Source: Eledone cirrhosa (lineage: Eukaryota). From it: a stretch of 64,000 nt of DNA. The notes under the pieces were generated by a model, which saw nothing but the letters and a program-made list of their open reading frames with translations, was not told where the DNA came from and searched no databases. The position numbers were made by a program, and so were the translations under genes. The stretch is taken from assembly GCA_964016885.1 (NCBI GenBank), contig OZ024744.1, positions 41,602,001 to 41,666,000 of the forward strand, written 5' to 3'. Below are positions 1 to 17,670 of the stretch, piece by piece; position 1 is the stretch's first letter, and each line of letters starts with the position of its first letter.

Positions 1-1128
1 CTTAGAATATATACTGCAAGACATTTTGTCTGATGCTCCACTGATTTTTTTTACCCTAGCAGCTCTAGTATTAATGAATTCTAATTTTGGCACAAAGCCA
101 ACAATTTGAGGAGAATGGGAAAGTCGATTATATCAACCCCAGTAATTTGAGAGAAACTTTATTATATTGACCCCCCCCCCCCCCCACACACACACACCTA
201 AACTCCCACCTGAAAGGATGAAAGGTTAAGCTGTCAGGGGCAAGGTTTGAACACAGAATGTAAAGTGCTTTAACGATTCTGTCAATCCACTGTCCTCACT
301 CCAATAAAATAAGTGTTTATGTCTTTGTATTTCACAAGTATGGCTAATTACTTTTTCTGCATACATGAAGTCTGTTTTGTTTTGATTACTTGAATTCTTC
401 CTATAAGAGTTGATTGAAAAATTCATAGGCTGATTATGAAGGAGTGATGCTAGAGCTGTGAAAATGTGCATGCATTAATTTCAACACTTGTTATTAATAA
501 CTACATTATTTATTTCCGGGGATTATGTTGAAAAATAAACCCTTTTTGGTCATTCCATGAGAGTATCTTGGTCAGCCTTTACACTTTTCAGCCGACCCTT
601 GTAAAAGGAAGAATTTGTTTTCCTACACAGAAAAAAAACTCCAATGTTAAGAGATAGACATGAAAAAATAATATCTGTTACACAAACTTTAGAAATATCT
701 TGCATATTTATTCTTCTTGCCACCAACTTGTTTCTTATGCTTTAGCAATGAGGACGAGCTGGAGTAACAATTCTCTAAGGATGAATTTTAGCTAAGAAAA
801 GAATTGGAGAGGAATATTGTTTAGGAGAGGCATCGAAACTAGGAAAGAATAGTGTGTATATATATGTATATATATTAATTAAAGGTTAATTAGTCACTAA
901 TATCCAAACATCTCAATGAAAGAAATCTCTCAGAGAAGCAATATTATATATTAAAATTAAATGAGAAAAACCTCTAATTCTGGGAGTATATACAAATATA
1001 CAAGATAGATGGAAACATGTTTTCATCCATGGTAGGGAGATCTATATATAAGTGAAGCTAGATGAACACACTTTTACATCAATCTTATAAATACTCCCGT
1101 AATTAGAGATTTTTCTCATTTAATTTCA

Positions 1129-1178
<50 letters not shown>

Positions 1179-1279
1179 CTGCAATTAAGTATATAAAATG
1201 AAGAAATAGAAGCCAGGAATATCCGTCATCTGTGGTCTACTAGCCATCATAGGTATTTCTTTGCATTACAGACCATATA

Positions 1280-1676
1280 CCAAAAGCCGACCTTACCCAA
1301 TGACACACGACCGTGACCACTGGCGTCACACAGTAATACAGAGTACGCGACCTCCCATGGGTACAAGCTGAAGCATATAGACAATATGCCCCCACATCCC
1401 CCACCGCAAGGTGGTCATGGAGGTGCCACGGCAAAAAAGCACCCAGCCCACACTGTAAAGTGGACGTGTAGGCGCCACGAAAAAGCACCCAGCACTCACT
1501 GTAAATGAGGTTGGTGTTAGGATGGGCCTCCAGCTGTAGAAATCAAGCCAAATCAGTTCCTGTATGAGCAAGGCATGGTCAGCCAGCCAGACACTGCCCA
1601 CAACAGGACAACCCGTCTAACCCATGCTAGCGTGGAAGAACGGACGTAAAACGGTGATGATGATGATGATGATGAT
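1280..1676 (+). mobile_element. 3' terminal fragment of the RTE LINE family, with Nin-like SINE tail
   Basis: Near-copy of 5190-5600 (aaagccgaccttacccaa...gttggtgttaggatgggcctccagctgtagaaa...cggacgtaaaacg(atg)n). Confidence 0.7.
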
Positions 1677-1864
1677 ACCTCAAGCTAGGGCGATACAATA
1701 ACTAAAATAAGTTATTGGGATAAAAAGAGTTGGGTGGAATGGTGAGGCAACATAATATATATATATATATAGTAATAATAATAAATGTCAAGACTAAAAT
1801 GCAAAGAGAGCTCGATAAGGGTGAAAGCAGCGATTCTTTGCTTAAACTTTAATCTGTTATTTTA

Positions 1865-1959
<95 letters not shown>

Positions 1960-2005
1960 CATATATATATATACATATATATATACATATATATATATAT
2001 ACATA

Positions 2006-3370
2006 TCATCATCATCATCGTTTAACGTCCATGTTCCACGCTTGCATGGGTTTGGACGGGAGTTTTCCCACTTGAGGCAAGAGTGGTTGTCTTGCTCGCA
2101 TAGGACTGTCTGGCGGGTTTTCTACAGCTGGATGCCCTTCCTAACACCAACCACATTTACAGTGTGGGACTGGGAGGTTTTTACCGCGTTGCCTACACGG
2201 CCACATTACAGCGTGGACTGTGTGTTTTTTGTCGTGACACCTACACAATCTCATATATTTCGGCCTGGATGTTGTGGCACCAACATAACTTTACATTGAA
2301 AGGGACGGTGTGGATGTGATGGGGGTGTATTTTGTTAGAGATGCCTACTGACTGTAGTAGGTTTTACTTTGTATTTAGGTAAGGCGGGTCTTCTCTATTA
2401 CTGAGTGCCGCCAAAGATCTCGGTCCAGTGACATTGTCTTGGAGAGGTGTAAGTGTGTGAGGTCGGAGTTTATCAGGTCGTCCCAGGTTTTTCTGGGTCT
2501 GCCTACTCCGTGGCTACCGTCTATCTTTATTGCCCTGCACTTTTTTATACAGCTGTCGTCTTTCATGCGCATCACGTGACCATACCAACGTAGCCTTCTC
2601 TCGAGTAAACAACATCTGATCCCTCTTATTTCTAATTTTTCCCTTAGTTCGTTTATGCTTTGCCATTCGCGTATATTACTATTACACATCCAGCGGAGCA
2701 TGCAAGCTTCATTCCTCTCTAGTCTGCGTATATCCTCTGCACACAATGCCCAGGTCTCACTGCCACGCAACATTGCTGTTCGTATGCAGGCATAATACAG
2801 CCTGCCTTTCATTTTTAGGGAGAACCCTTTAGTAGCAAATAGTGGTATAAGCTCTCTGAACTTTTTCCATCCCGTTCTGACTCTAGCTACTGTACTTTCA
2901 GAGCACCCTCCCCACTGCTGATTTTGTCACCCTGGTAATGGAAGCTGTCCACTATTTCTATAGAACCCTCTGCGCAATTGAAAGAGCTAGTATTTTGTGG
3001 GCCCTTGCTGCTACTTATTACACCAGAGCACCGGCCACATGTAAAATCTATGTTCTTAGTTAGCTTACCTATGATCCCACTACATCTTTTATGCACCCAT
3101 ACTTTGCATTTAGGACATAAAATGGAGTTTCTACCTACGCCTTTCCTACACACCGAGCATGGCCATTTCCCGGAAGGGACCGGCGCCTTATTTTCTTTCC
3201 TACAAACTAGAACTTTAGTCTTAGCCAGTTTAATTTTAAGGCCTTTTGATTCTAGGCCGTGCTTCCATGTTTGGAATTTCTTCTCTAGCTCGGCCATTGA
3301 TTCAGCTATGAACGTTAGATCATCAGCGTATAGGAGTTCCCATGGGCAGCCGGTCTTGAACTCCACTGTT
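2006..3370 (-). mobile_element. 5'-truncated RTE-clade LINE (RT C-terminal half with inserted PHD-like finger, 3' UTR, (GAT)n tail)
   Basis: ORFs 2887-3414 and 2375-2812: PWELLYADDL, KTKVLV, CSVC..CPKCKVWVHKRC..CGRC, GSETW, RLRWYGHVMRM, GRPRKTW; ends gttaaacgatgatgatg; (TA)n on both sides. Confidence 0.9.
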
Positions 3371-3398
3371 ATATATATACATATATATATATATATAC

Positions 3399-3438
<40 letters not shown>

Positions 3439-3717
3439 ATATGTATATATACATATAATATAATGTAATCATGGTTATTTCTATTCATTTATATATATAT
3501 TTATATATATTTATATATATTTATATATATTTATATATATTTATATATATTTATATATATGTGTGTGTAGCAATATCCGTAGGTGTGAAAAGGAAAATGG
3601 AAAACAGTACTCAATCGGGAACAACAGAAATATTATATTATTTATTTGTGTTCATCTGGGCCTTGAAAACTTGGGTAGCATCTTAGTTCCATATATGAAC
3701 ATAAATAAATAATATAA

Positions 3718-3907
3718 TTGTTTCTACTTTTGGCACAAGGCCAGCAATTATCTCAGTGCATTACCAGTACAATATTTTATCGACCCCGTAAGGATGAAAG
3801 GCAAAGTTAACCTCAACGGGATTTGAACTCAGATCATAAAGGGAGGTAACTCTATGCTTCAAAGCATGGCGTCCGACCCTCTACCGATACTGCCAATCCA
3901 CCGCCCT
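3718..3907 (-). mobile_element. tRNA-derived SINE (Octopus OK-like family)
   Basis: GGCGGTGGATTGGCAGTATCGG A-box head, GAGTTCAAATCC B box, ctttgcctttcatccttacggggtcgataaaa core, ggccttgtgccaaaagtagaaacaatt tail. Further copies at about 7514-7630, 17975-18200, 19322-19505, 22248-22440, 40082-40262, 50372-50560, 51720-51905, 54846-54962, 56690-57130, 58810-58925, 61130-61447. Confidence 0.85.
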
Positions 3908-4135
3908 GACATAAATAAATAATATAATATTATATATATGTATGTAGGTATATATATCATCATCATCATCATCATTTTACGTCCGCTTTTCCCTGCTTGC
4001 AAGAGTGGGACAGGTCCTATTCAGCACAGCATCTCTCCACTTGTCACAGTCCTTCGTTATCTCCACTGTGAGCTTCAGCGATCTGAGGTCTGCTCTCACC
4101 ACCTCCGCCCATGTGTGTATATATATATATATATG

Positions 4136-4176
<41 letters not shown>

Positions 4177-5034
4177 CCCATCCTAACTATGATGACAAGT
4201 TTGCACAAAAACTTCTGTTTGGGACAAAACCATTATTGAGGTTTGTTCATGTTAATATGATGCTTGTGTGAAAAGTTACAACATGGCAATTTCAAATTCA
4301 GAATTGTCATCTTTTGCCGTGGTTTTCAACACCCGGAAGCCCTTCATAACACCAACTACATTAGAGTGTGCACTGTGAGCATTTTCTCGAGGCGCTACCA
4401 TTTTACAGGGTGGACTTGGTGCTTTTGGTGTTATGGCACCAGCACTACCCCCATAAATGGTAGACTGGATGTTTATTTGTTGTGGAACCAGCACTGTGGG
4501 AGAGCAGATGTGGGCATGTATAATGAGACTGTATATAATTAAATACATATACGTATATATATATATATATATATCATCATCATCATTTTATGGCCACTTT
4601 TTCCTGCTTGCATGGATATATATTTATATAATTCAGTCTGTTCACTTTTTATGTGAACTTGAAGTACGCGAATTCGTTTAAATGCCTCTTGGAAAAATAT
4701 TATTAAATATTCACTTTGTGTGAATAACATGCTATAACGCGTGTTGTTTTAAATTTTTTTTTTATGGGAAAATTAGAATTGAATTATACAAATTTGCTCT
4801 ACGCACTGCTTTCACGAATGGATCGTCGCATCGAAAGCGAACAGACTGTATGCATATATATATATATATATATTTATATATACACACATATACATACATA
4901 TATTTATATATATATTTATATATATATATATCCAAAATTAAATTATGGGTGTCATGTCTGAGAGACATTGTTTCATATGTTTATTTTATATATATATATG
5001 TCAATCAATTTCTTGATATATATATATATACATA

Positions 5035-5600
5035 AGAGGAATCAAATGCTGTGTGCAGGAGAGGCGGTTGCGTTGGTATGGACATGTGATGTGTATGAAA
5101 GATGACAGCTGCATAAAAAGCTGCGGAGTAGTAGAAGTCGATGGAAACCGCGGAGTGGGGGAGACCCAAGAAGACCTGGGATGAGGTGATAAAAGCCGAC
5201 CTTACCCAATTACACCTCTCAAAGGTGATGACACACGACCGTAACCTCTGGTGTCATGCAGTAATAGAGAAGATTCAACCCCTACGGGTACAAGCCGAAG
5301 CTGAAGCATATAGACAATATGCCCCCACACCCTCCCACTGCAAAGTGGTCGTGGAGGTGCCACGGCAAAAAAGCACCCAGCCGACACTGTAAAGTGGACG
5401 TGTAGGCGCCACGGAACAAAAGCACCCAGCACTCACTGTAAATGAGGTTGTTGTTAGGAAAGGCATCCTAACAACAGAAATCAAGTCAGAATCAGTTCCT
5501 GTATGAGCAAGACAAGGTCAGCCAACCGGACACTGCCCACAACAGGACAACCCTTCTAACCCATGCTAGCGTGGAAGAACGGATGTAAAACGATGATGAT
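5035..5600 (+). mobile_element. 3' end fragment of the same RTE family
   Basis: RRLRWYGHVM, GRPKKTWDEVIKADL, then the same 3' UTR and (GAT)n tail as 2006-2400. Confidence 0.85.
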
Positions 5601-6411
5601 GATATATATATATACACACTCATATATAAATGCACATATACATGCATATATTTATATATATATATATATGTATCATCACATACCCAAACACACATTTATA
5701 TATATATAGTGTCCCCAAAAAGTGTATACACACTTCAAAGTGTGATTACCTCATTTCGACAGCAACTGCGGTCACCCACTTGCTGTAGAAACGGTAAGAG
5801 CTCCCTCATAGGAGAAAAAATCATTATATTACCTACACTCTACTGACTTCAGTATCAAGTACTAAGAGCTGAACAACACACTTTCCTGTCTTACCTAGTA
5901 ACTCCCCATCTCTCTCTCTCTCTCTCTCTCTCTCCCTCTCTATATATATTGATATATGTAGATAAGGTATGTATATTTCCTCTGATAGTTAGTAATATTT
6001 TACATAGATCTATATGATATACATACCAACACACATATATATCTTAGAAACGATTGTAAAATGATGAGTTTTTTAATATAAGGAACTTGTTCTTTGTTTT
6101 TATTCATTGTTTTTATTAATTTATATTGATATATATACATATATACATATATATATATAAATGTAATCTGAGTTTTTCGAATATTATTAATATTATTCGA
6201 TTTGTTTGCAATTATGCAAACAAGCCTCATTTTTAAAGCCATGTCAGTAGAATGAGCCTCTCATTCTTGTTCTTATGTTGGCATATATATATTGTTATAC
6301 ATTGGGAGGGTCATGTTGCCAATAAGAAACACACGCACAGGTTGCTTTCACTCCAATTTACTATAAATTAAAACAAATTTTCAAAAATCTTGCTAAACAA
6401 ATTCAGAAACG

Positions 6412-6448
<37 letters not shown>

Positions 6449-6613
6449 TATATATATACACACATACATAATCGTCATCATCATCATTTTACCTCCGCTT
6501 TTCCCTGCTTTTATATATATATATATGTATGTAAAAGGTAAACAGAAATAACAACACAATCGGTACAGTATATGGAAGGGATATATTAGGTTAACGCTTG
6601 ATATAGAAGAGGG

Positions 6614-6649
6614 TCTTAACGTTTCGGACCCTAGTCCTTCATCGGAAGA
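6614..6649 (-). ncRNA. Minimal type I hammerhead ribozyme (U4C variant)
   Basis: TCTT-CCGATGA-A-GGAC[TAGG]GTCC-GAAA-CG-TT^AAGA; stem I TCTT/AAGA, palindromic stem III ACGT. A sister copy at 32759-32787 (+) has canonical CTGATGA but stem III is deleted. Confidence 0.75.
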
Positions 6650-6759
6650 AAGAATGAGAAATAAGATAGATTGAGAGGACGGGCGGGATGGAATTGGAAA
6701 AAATGTCTTTAGATAAAAATAACAGGTCCATTCATGTTGACATCTCTTATATATGTGTA

Positions 6760-7070
6760 AGACCCCCTTCGGTCACGAATGACCATGGGGTTTGTACCTA
6801 GAAAGTTCCCCTCTGAACAAAGTTGTTTGTGGAAGACCATCAGTCGCCCGTACATGCCGTTCTCCCCTCCCCACGCCACTAATGATGTCCAAAGGAAAGT
6901 CTAAGTCTGATACAGCTTGGCACCAGTGACATCACAACTGATTTCTACAGCCAAGTAAACTGCAGCAACGTGAAATAAAGTGTCTTGCTCAAGAACACAA
7001 CGCAAAGCCTGGTCTGAGAATCGAACTCACAACCTCACGATTGTAAGCCTGACGCACTAACCACTAAGCA
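6760..7070 (-). mobile_element. tRNA-derived SINE (OR2-like family)
   Basis: Head GCTTAGTGGTTAGTGCGTC...GTGAGTTCGATTC, then gtgttcttgagcaagacactttatttcacgttgct. Confidence 0.75.
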
Positions 7071-7079
7071 AATGTGTCT

Positions 7080-7119
<40 letters not shown>

Positions 7120-7265
7120 ATATATATATATAATATATATATATATAATATATATATATATAATATATAATATATATAATATATATAATATATATATATA
7201 TAATATATATATATATATAATATATAATATATATAATATATATAATATATATATATATAATATAT

Positions 7266-8148
<883 letters not shown>

Positions 8149-9092
8149 GTGTGTGTGCGTGTGTTTATAAATACAGAGGTCACTCACAATCGAGTATGAT
8201 TTAGTAGTATGTACTATGCTTTTGGCAATTGTTTTACCTGTCCATAGTCACACGTAGAGACAGATACCCACTGATTACTCCACCCCATCATTCAGCATAA
8301 CATCTAGGGCGTGACAACTAAAAGGAGAGACGGTTGTACCAGCGCTGGGCAGGTACTTTATTTATCGACTCTGAAATGATGACAAGAAGGCGAAGTGGTC
8401 GTCGGCAGAATTTGAACTCGGAACGCAGAAACCCGGAAAAAATATCCTACACTCAACCGGCTCTGCCAAATTGATTCACTCAATCCCTAGGAGTGAAACT
8501 GGATAGACAAAAACTGTAATTTAATTGTGTAACCATTCCCCACAGTATAACGCTGCTTATACTCCAGAATTACGTTAAGGGTGCATATGTCAGTGGAGTA
8601 CTCAGCCGCTTTGCACGTGTAGGTCGTTCAATTGGTCAAACAGCTGGACGGCTCATGCGTCATTCTTGATGGAAAAGTCCGTCATATTTATTCAAAACAA
8701 TGTTAAGTGCACAATATGTACACACTTGTGTGTATGTGTATATATTTATATATTCATTGAGTTTGAGTAATCAATGAACCATATTAATCTTTGGTTATAT
8801 ATATATATCAGTGTGTGAGTGTATGTGTTTGTTAGTGTGTCTTCACCTATATTTGAAATGGATGCGTGAACTAAGACTTATTTTCCGTCGCATCAGGATT
8901 TCCCTATCGGTATTAGCTTACATGTATTAATAGACATAGTGCAAAAACTCCGGAATATTAAACACACACACACACACACACAGGTACACATACACATACT
9001 CACAAAAACGCATTCACACACACATATATATATATACGATGTATGTATTTATATATCGTTCACCATTATTTAACCTCCGCTTTTCCATGCTA

Positions 9093-9147
<55 letters not shown>

Positions 9148-9151
<4 letters not shown>

Positions 9152-9430
9152 TGTCTCCCGGTATTCGCGGGAGTTACGTTCCTAGAGCGCCCGTGAAGAG
9201 TGAAAAACTGCGAATATTAGAGGTGGTCCATACAAATGCCTATAAACGTAAAAACAACAGCAAATACGGTATATTGTTAATATTTTAACGTTAAAAATAT
9301 ATATATATTACCACGAAAAAAGCGGAAGATATTAAGATATTCACGATTCCGCGAATATGGGCGGTTGCCAAGAATAATTATAAGTGAGGTTCTAAGGAAA
9401 ATTTAGCGAATAACCAAGACCGCGAATGTA
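9148..9430. mobile_element. Tigger/pogo-like DNA transposon (MITE) remnant
   Basis: TA|CAATTGTCTCCCGGTATTCGCGGGAGTTACGTTCC resembles Tigger-type TIRs; repeated (c)gcgaata subterminal motifs. Confidence 0.5.
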
Positions 9431-9434
9431 AATA

Positions 9435-9475
<41 letters not shown>

Positions 9476-10392
9476 TAGTTCTTTGGTTACTTTGGTATTG
9501 TGTGTTGGGTTTTGCTTACCGCAATGTTCAATTTGTCAAGCTATTTAAACGTATGTTATTAACGCTTATTGAGTGTTTTGCTAACTCATTCCTATTGTAG
9601 GTCGACTTTGCTTGGCCACAACCAAAGCTTCGATTTTACTAAGCTTCATATGAGGTTCACGCTTGGTGGAAATGGAGGAGATACTCTCACACAGAGCGAG
9701 TGTATAAAACAGAGATAAGAAAGTGAAAGTCTCCTATATACATATGTGTCAGTTTGTGTGTGTGTGTTTATTCAAAACATAGAAGGAAAGAAAGAGAGAG
9801 AGAGAGACGGAGAAAAGAGAGATAAGCGGATGAGAATGTGTATCAGTGCGTGTGACAGTGTACTTACTATAGTATGGATTCACTAGTACACGGACAGTAA
9901 ACAAAGGGATTGCCCCAAACCTCAAATTTGTTTTCATAACGTCTTAAATTTACTTTCTATTGATTTTCATAGGAATCATTAACCAATAGTATGAAATTAT
10001 TAATAAGCTATTTCGAAAATATTTATTTGAAATAATATAATATCTTCTAGGTTATGAATTCTCTTTCGCTGCATTAATACTTTTAACGATTCTAATTAAA
10101 TGCACAATCATCAACTAGAAATACATTTTAATAAAATAGTTACATTTATTTTCTTACGTATTATATCTACTAAAGAAAAAATAGATAGTTGAATATTTTT
10201 TCAGTCCCATATCTCAAATTTATACTAAATCAAGAATACGACAGTACTACTAACTGTTGATTTTCTCAGCTATACATTTTTGAAATGATTACGACATTAA
10301 ATTTACTCAAGAGGTGGTATGTTTATTGTTAGATAATGTAGGACCGCACAGATGATGTGAGATTGTATGTATACATGTGTGTGTGTGTATAA

Positions 10393-10465
<73 letters not shown>

Positions 10466-10633
10466 AATTCCATCTGAAGAGTTGACGATGAAGTACGCAA
10501 TAGGTTGATAGTGGCGAGAATTAAATAAAGGTTAACTGTCAACGTAAACATAACATTAATAATCTTCTTTTGCATCGTTATGTGTACGAACACACTCACA
10601 CATACATACATTCATATATACGTACATTTACAC

Positions 10634-10664
<31 letters not shown>

Positions 10665-10936
10665 ATAATAATAATATTATTTATAGTTATATATACACTA
10701 TATACAACTATAAACTGGAAAGGTCAGTAACTCATTACTGCCTTATTACATATATATATACATACATTTATACATGCGTACGTACATACACACACACACA
10801 CACATACATGCATACATACATACACACACACGTACATATATTCTCAACCATTATCTGTCCACAGCAAGGCTACGGCCTCCCCAAGCCGGTACCAATTCTT
10901 TCAATCATGTGCACCTCTCCTCTCCCCACCCACCCC

Positions 10937-10967
<31 letters not shown>

Positions 10968-11254
10968 AATATATAAATGTAAGTATGTATGTATACGTAC
11001 ATACATATATGTATACAGACGTACAGTAGTATGTATACATACATGCACACATATATATATGCACGTATCGGTTTACCGAACATTTATTATAATGCTCGGT
11101 TTGTTTGTAAATATATGTGTGCATGTATGTATATATATACATACTACTGTACGTCTGTATACATATATGTATGTACGTATACATACATAGATACTTACAT
11201 TTAAGTGACTGCCGTACTAAGAGTGAGAAATGAAATTTCGTTTGATTCTATTCC

Positions 11255-11331
<77 letters not shown>

Positions 11332-11474
11332 ATATATATATGAACGTGTGTGTGTGCGTGTGTGTGTAAGAATGAATGAATTTCAACATACTTATATATT
11401 CATCCGTGTTCATATATATATATAATGAAATTATTGTGTACAGTGATCAGGTGCACTACAACACGTCAAAGGTG

Positions 11475-11660
11475 CAGTGGAGACTTCTGGTGTCCTCGGC
11501 CCCAGGGCTACCTCCTTACTCACCACCATAGGCGCTGAGCTGGCCAGCCGCAGGTGTGAGCGCCGCGAGTTGGAGTGGCTTTTCCAGCCGTCCTCCGGGG
11601 AAACGCCTTCTCCATTCTGTCCGCCGGGGCTGTGGGTGGGCCCCATCGCGTACCAATACA
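11475..11660 (+). mobile_element. 3' fragment of a CRE-like (restriction-like endonuclease) non-LTR retrotransposon
   Basis: VETSGVLGPRATSLLTTIGAELASRRCERRELEWLFQ, then LRGNAFSIL in a shifted frame; resembles the CRE C-terminus VETxGxxG...RExxFLxQRLS..QRGNA. Confidence 0.7.
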
Positions 11661-12132
11661 TTAGTTAAATACCAATCTTTCATCTGATACAACACAATAA
11701 ATACACCGTAGATAGAATAATATACAAATGTCAGGGAAGTGAATAGTGTATGAGTCATGATATATGTGTGTATGTGTATGGAGGGGTAATATTAGGTGTA
11801 GTGTTGGCGAATCTCGAGAAGCATGGAGGTTTTAAAGGATGCAGTTTCTCGACAGCTAACAACTGATGCAGGTAGTTTGTTCCATGCTTCAGCAACTCTG
11901 AGCGTGAAAAAATGTTTATATATATATATATATATACACGCAAGCATAATTAAATATTATTAAATAAAACATATAATATACATGTTTCTATCTAAATGAG
12001 AATTACTAGTAAGGAAAAAGAAACACACAGAGGCACACATAGAGAAATGTTTGTGTGGGCATAAATATATATATAATTGTACTCAACGAACGTACATAGA
12101 GGCTCATAGATACATACATGACAGATAAATAG

Positions 12133-12214
<82 letters not shown>

Positions 12215-12324
12215 TAACCACAGTAAGTAAGGTACTCAATACATATTGAGGCTTTTCTGATGATTTCCTTCGAATGAAAGAGTTCTAGTCCGGCAGAAGC
12301 CATTTATATATATATATATATATA

Positions 12325-14955
<2,631 letters not shown>

Positions 14956-15170
14956 ACACAAAAAGAGGAATGAAATGAATTATAATTGTGTCATACAGTT
15001 TGTGTGTGTTCGGCTTATAACAATATTAAAGGGACCAGTTTCAATACGAGTTAATAAAAATGAATAATGTTGATAATAATATAGATAGATAGATAGATAT
15101 ACATACATACATAAAGACAGAGATACAGAAAGAGAGATAAAGTAAACGAGGCTAGTTCTGTGTCACTTAC

Positions 15171-15398
15171 AGGTGATATATATGTAAATCCGCTTCTTTT
15201 GGCAACCTCTTTTGCCACAGGTATGCCACCTGCACCATGGAGTTGAACGTACCAGGAATTCGTGATTACCTCGTCGTGCCCTATAGACTGGACTTCGGCA
15301 ATGGGCTGACACAAGATGAACAGTAAGAAGATATGCATCAATAGGCCAGCAACCATTTTACCATTCCCCAAACAACTCGAACTAGAGAGAAGAGGCAT
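15171..15398 (-). CDS. PCSK2: First coding exon of a subtilisin/kexin proprotein convertase, most likely neuroendocrine convertase 2 (PC2): signal peptide plus start of the S8 prodomain
   Basis: MPLL...MVAGLLMHIFLLFILCQPIAEVQS (hydrophobic signal) then VITNSWYVQLHGAGGIPVAKEVAKRSGFTYISP, matching the convertase prodomain start (xTNxW/FxVxL..G...A..+A...GF). Ends at a phase-0 donor CCT|GTAAGT at 15171/15170. Alternative ATG at 15356. Upstream polypyrimidine+CTAG acceptor at 15577-15600. No downstream exon recognised in the window; paralog assignment is by recall. Confidence 0.75.
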
Positions 15399-16397
15399 CG
15401 TTTGTGTTGTGTAGTGTATAGCAAGCAAGCAAGCCACCTTTCGTTTTAATGCTACAGAAGAACACTTTGCCTTATTGTTATTATTTGTATTATTATTATT
15501 AGTCTGTTGTTGTTCTTCTTCTTTAACTCTTTGACTGACGTAGGTGAGATTCAAAAGTAATTTAAGAAATTCTTCACTAGAAACAAAAAAAGGCAAAATT
15601 ATAATAAAATTAAAAGTCTGTTTAAAATGTTCATTCTTTCTTATATAGACGTTATTATTATAATTATAATATATTTATAATTATTACTGAATTTAATCGG
15701 ATTGAATTAATTTAAATAATTATGTAGAGAACTAAGCTCTTTTGAGCATTTCAAAGTAAAATATTTCGATGAGAAAATACTGAATAAACAGCTGTTTGAC
15801 GGTTGTGAAGCAGCTATAATGTAGATGATGTGTTGTTCAATGAATGGACACTACAAGCAAAAGTGATAGACAATGTGGGTGATAGGGAGAGCAAGAGTGA
15901 GAAAGACCAAGAATTAGAGGGAAGAGGGGGAAAAAAGAACACAAATGGACAGGTAGAGAGAGTGTGTGTGAGAGAGATGTGACCAAGAGAGAGAAGAGGA
16001 CCAACATAGAGAAAGAGAAAGTAGCAGGAGTGAAAATCAAATATATATGTGTGTGTGTATGAATTTATATACATATATATATGTGTGTGTGGGTGATGTA
16101 TGTGTATATATATATATATATGTATGTGTATGTATATATATATATGTGTGTGTATGTATGTGTGTGTGTGTGTGTATATATATATATTTGAGGGAAGGCC
16201 TAATTGATTATGACCAATCAAAATATAATGAAATAAATCTCTTTAGTGACGTTAAAGAAATGCTTAAAATGGTTTCTAATTTTGCTACAAGTCCAGCAGT
16301 TTTTGGGGGCGGGAAAGGGAAAGTCGAATAAGATGACCCTAGTATATAACTGGTATTTTGTTTATCCGGCTCAGAAAATGAAAGGAAAAGTTTTAAT

Positions 16398-16490
<93 letters not shown>

Positions 16491-16802
16491 ATCCTATTTC
16501 TATTCTATATATATATATATGTGTGTGTGTGTGTGGTGGGGGACTCCGTGCCCCAGCAAGGCCTCAGTCAATCGGCTGAAACACGTAAAAGAATAAAAGA
16601 ATATATATTCTCTCATCTCTCTCCCACTTAGTTTTACTATAAACACCCACACACACACACAAACACACATGCACACAAACACACACATACACATATTCAC
16701 ACACACAGAGACACACAAACGCACACTCACAGACAAAACACATCTACTTCTACTGACGAGGTGTGGTTTAGATTTTGCAAGTGGAGCAAAAGAGTCAGAA
16801 AG

Positions 16803-16906
<104 letters not shown>

Positions 16907-17244
16907 AAGAGAGAAAAAGAAGGAGAGAGAGGGGGAATAGTAAAGGATAAAATTGACGTTCATCTGTTACTATTTCTCTCGAGAGAAATAGTAACAGATA
17001 TATATATATATATACATACATATTTTTATATATATATATATATGAACGACCAATTTTATATATATACATATATATATGTGCAATGGGCTGCCCCCGTCAC
17101 TCGACACAGCTTTCGCGTACTTTGGTTGGTCGACGTTGGCTATAGGAATACACCTCTTATTATTTGGGGCTGGCTATCTAATACAGTGTTACCCTCGAAT
17201 TCTTCCAGACAAAATGTGAGGGACGGTCAAACGTTCTTATTATT

Positions 17245-17670
17245 TTCTTCTTCTTCTTCTTCTTCTTCTTCTTCTTCTTCTTCTTCTTCTTCTTCTTCTT
17301 CTTCTTCTTCGTTTTAATTCTTCTTCTTCGCTTTTTTCTTTTCCTTCTTCTTCGTTTTCTTCTTCTTCTTCTTCTTCTTCTTCTTCTTCTTCTTCTTCTT
17401 CTTCTTCTTCTTCTTCTTCTTCTTCGTTTTTTTTCTCCTTCGCTTTTTGCTTTTCCTTCTTCTTCGTTTTCTTCTTCTTCTTCTTCTTCTTCTTCTTCTT
17501 CTTCTTCTTCTTCTTCTTCTTCTTCTTCTTCTTCGTTTTTTTTCTTCTTCGCTTTTTTTCTTTGCCTTCTTCTTCTTCTTCTTCTTCTTCTTCTTCTTCT
17601 TCTTCTTCTTCTTCTTCTTCTTCTTCTTCTTCTTCTTCTTCTTCTTCTTCTTCTGCTTCTTCTTCTTCTT
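17245..17670. repeat. (TTC)n trinucleotide array
   Basis: Directly visible, with interruptions. Confidence 0.95.

Noticed and set aside
226-471. Candidate exon 2 of the convertase
   Set aside because: The ORF lacks the expected prodomain continuation (xFHF..H...R.KRS).
3860-3907. tRNA genes at SINE heads
   Set aside because: A/B boxes are present but there is no cloverleaf; they continue into SINE bodies.
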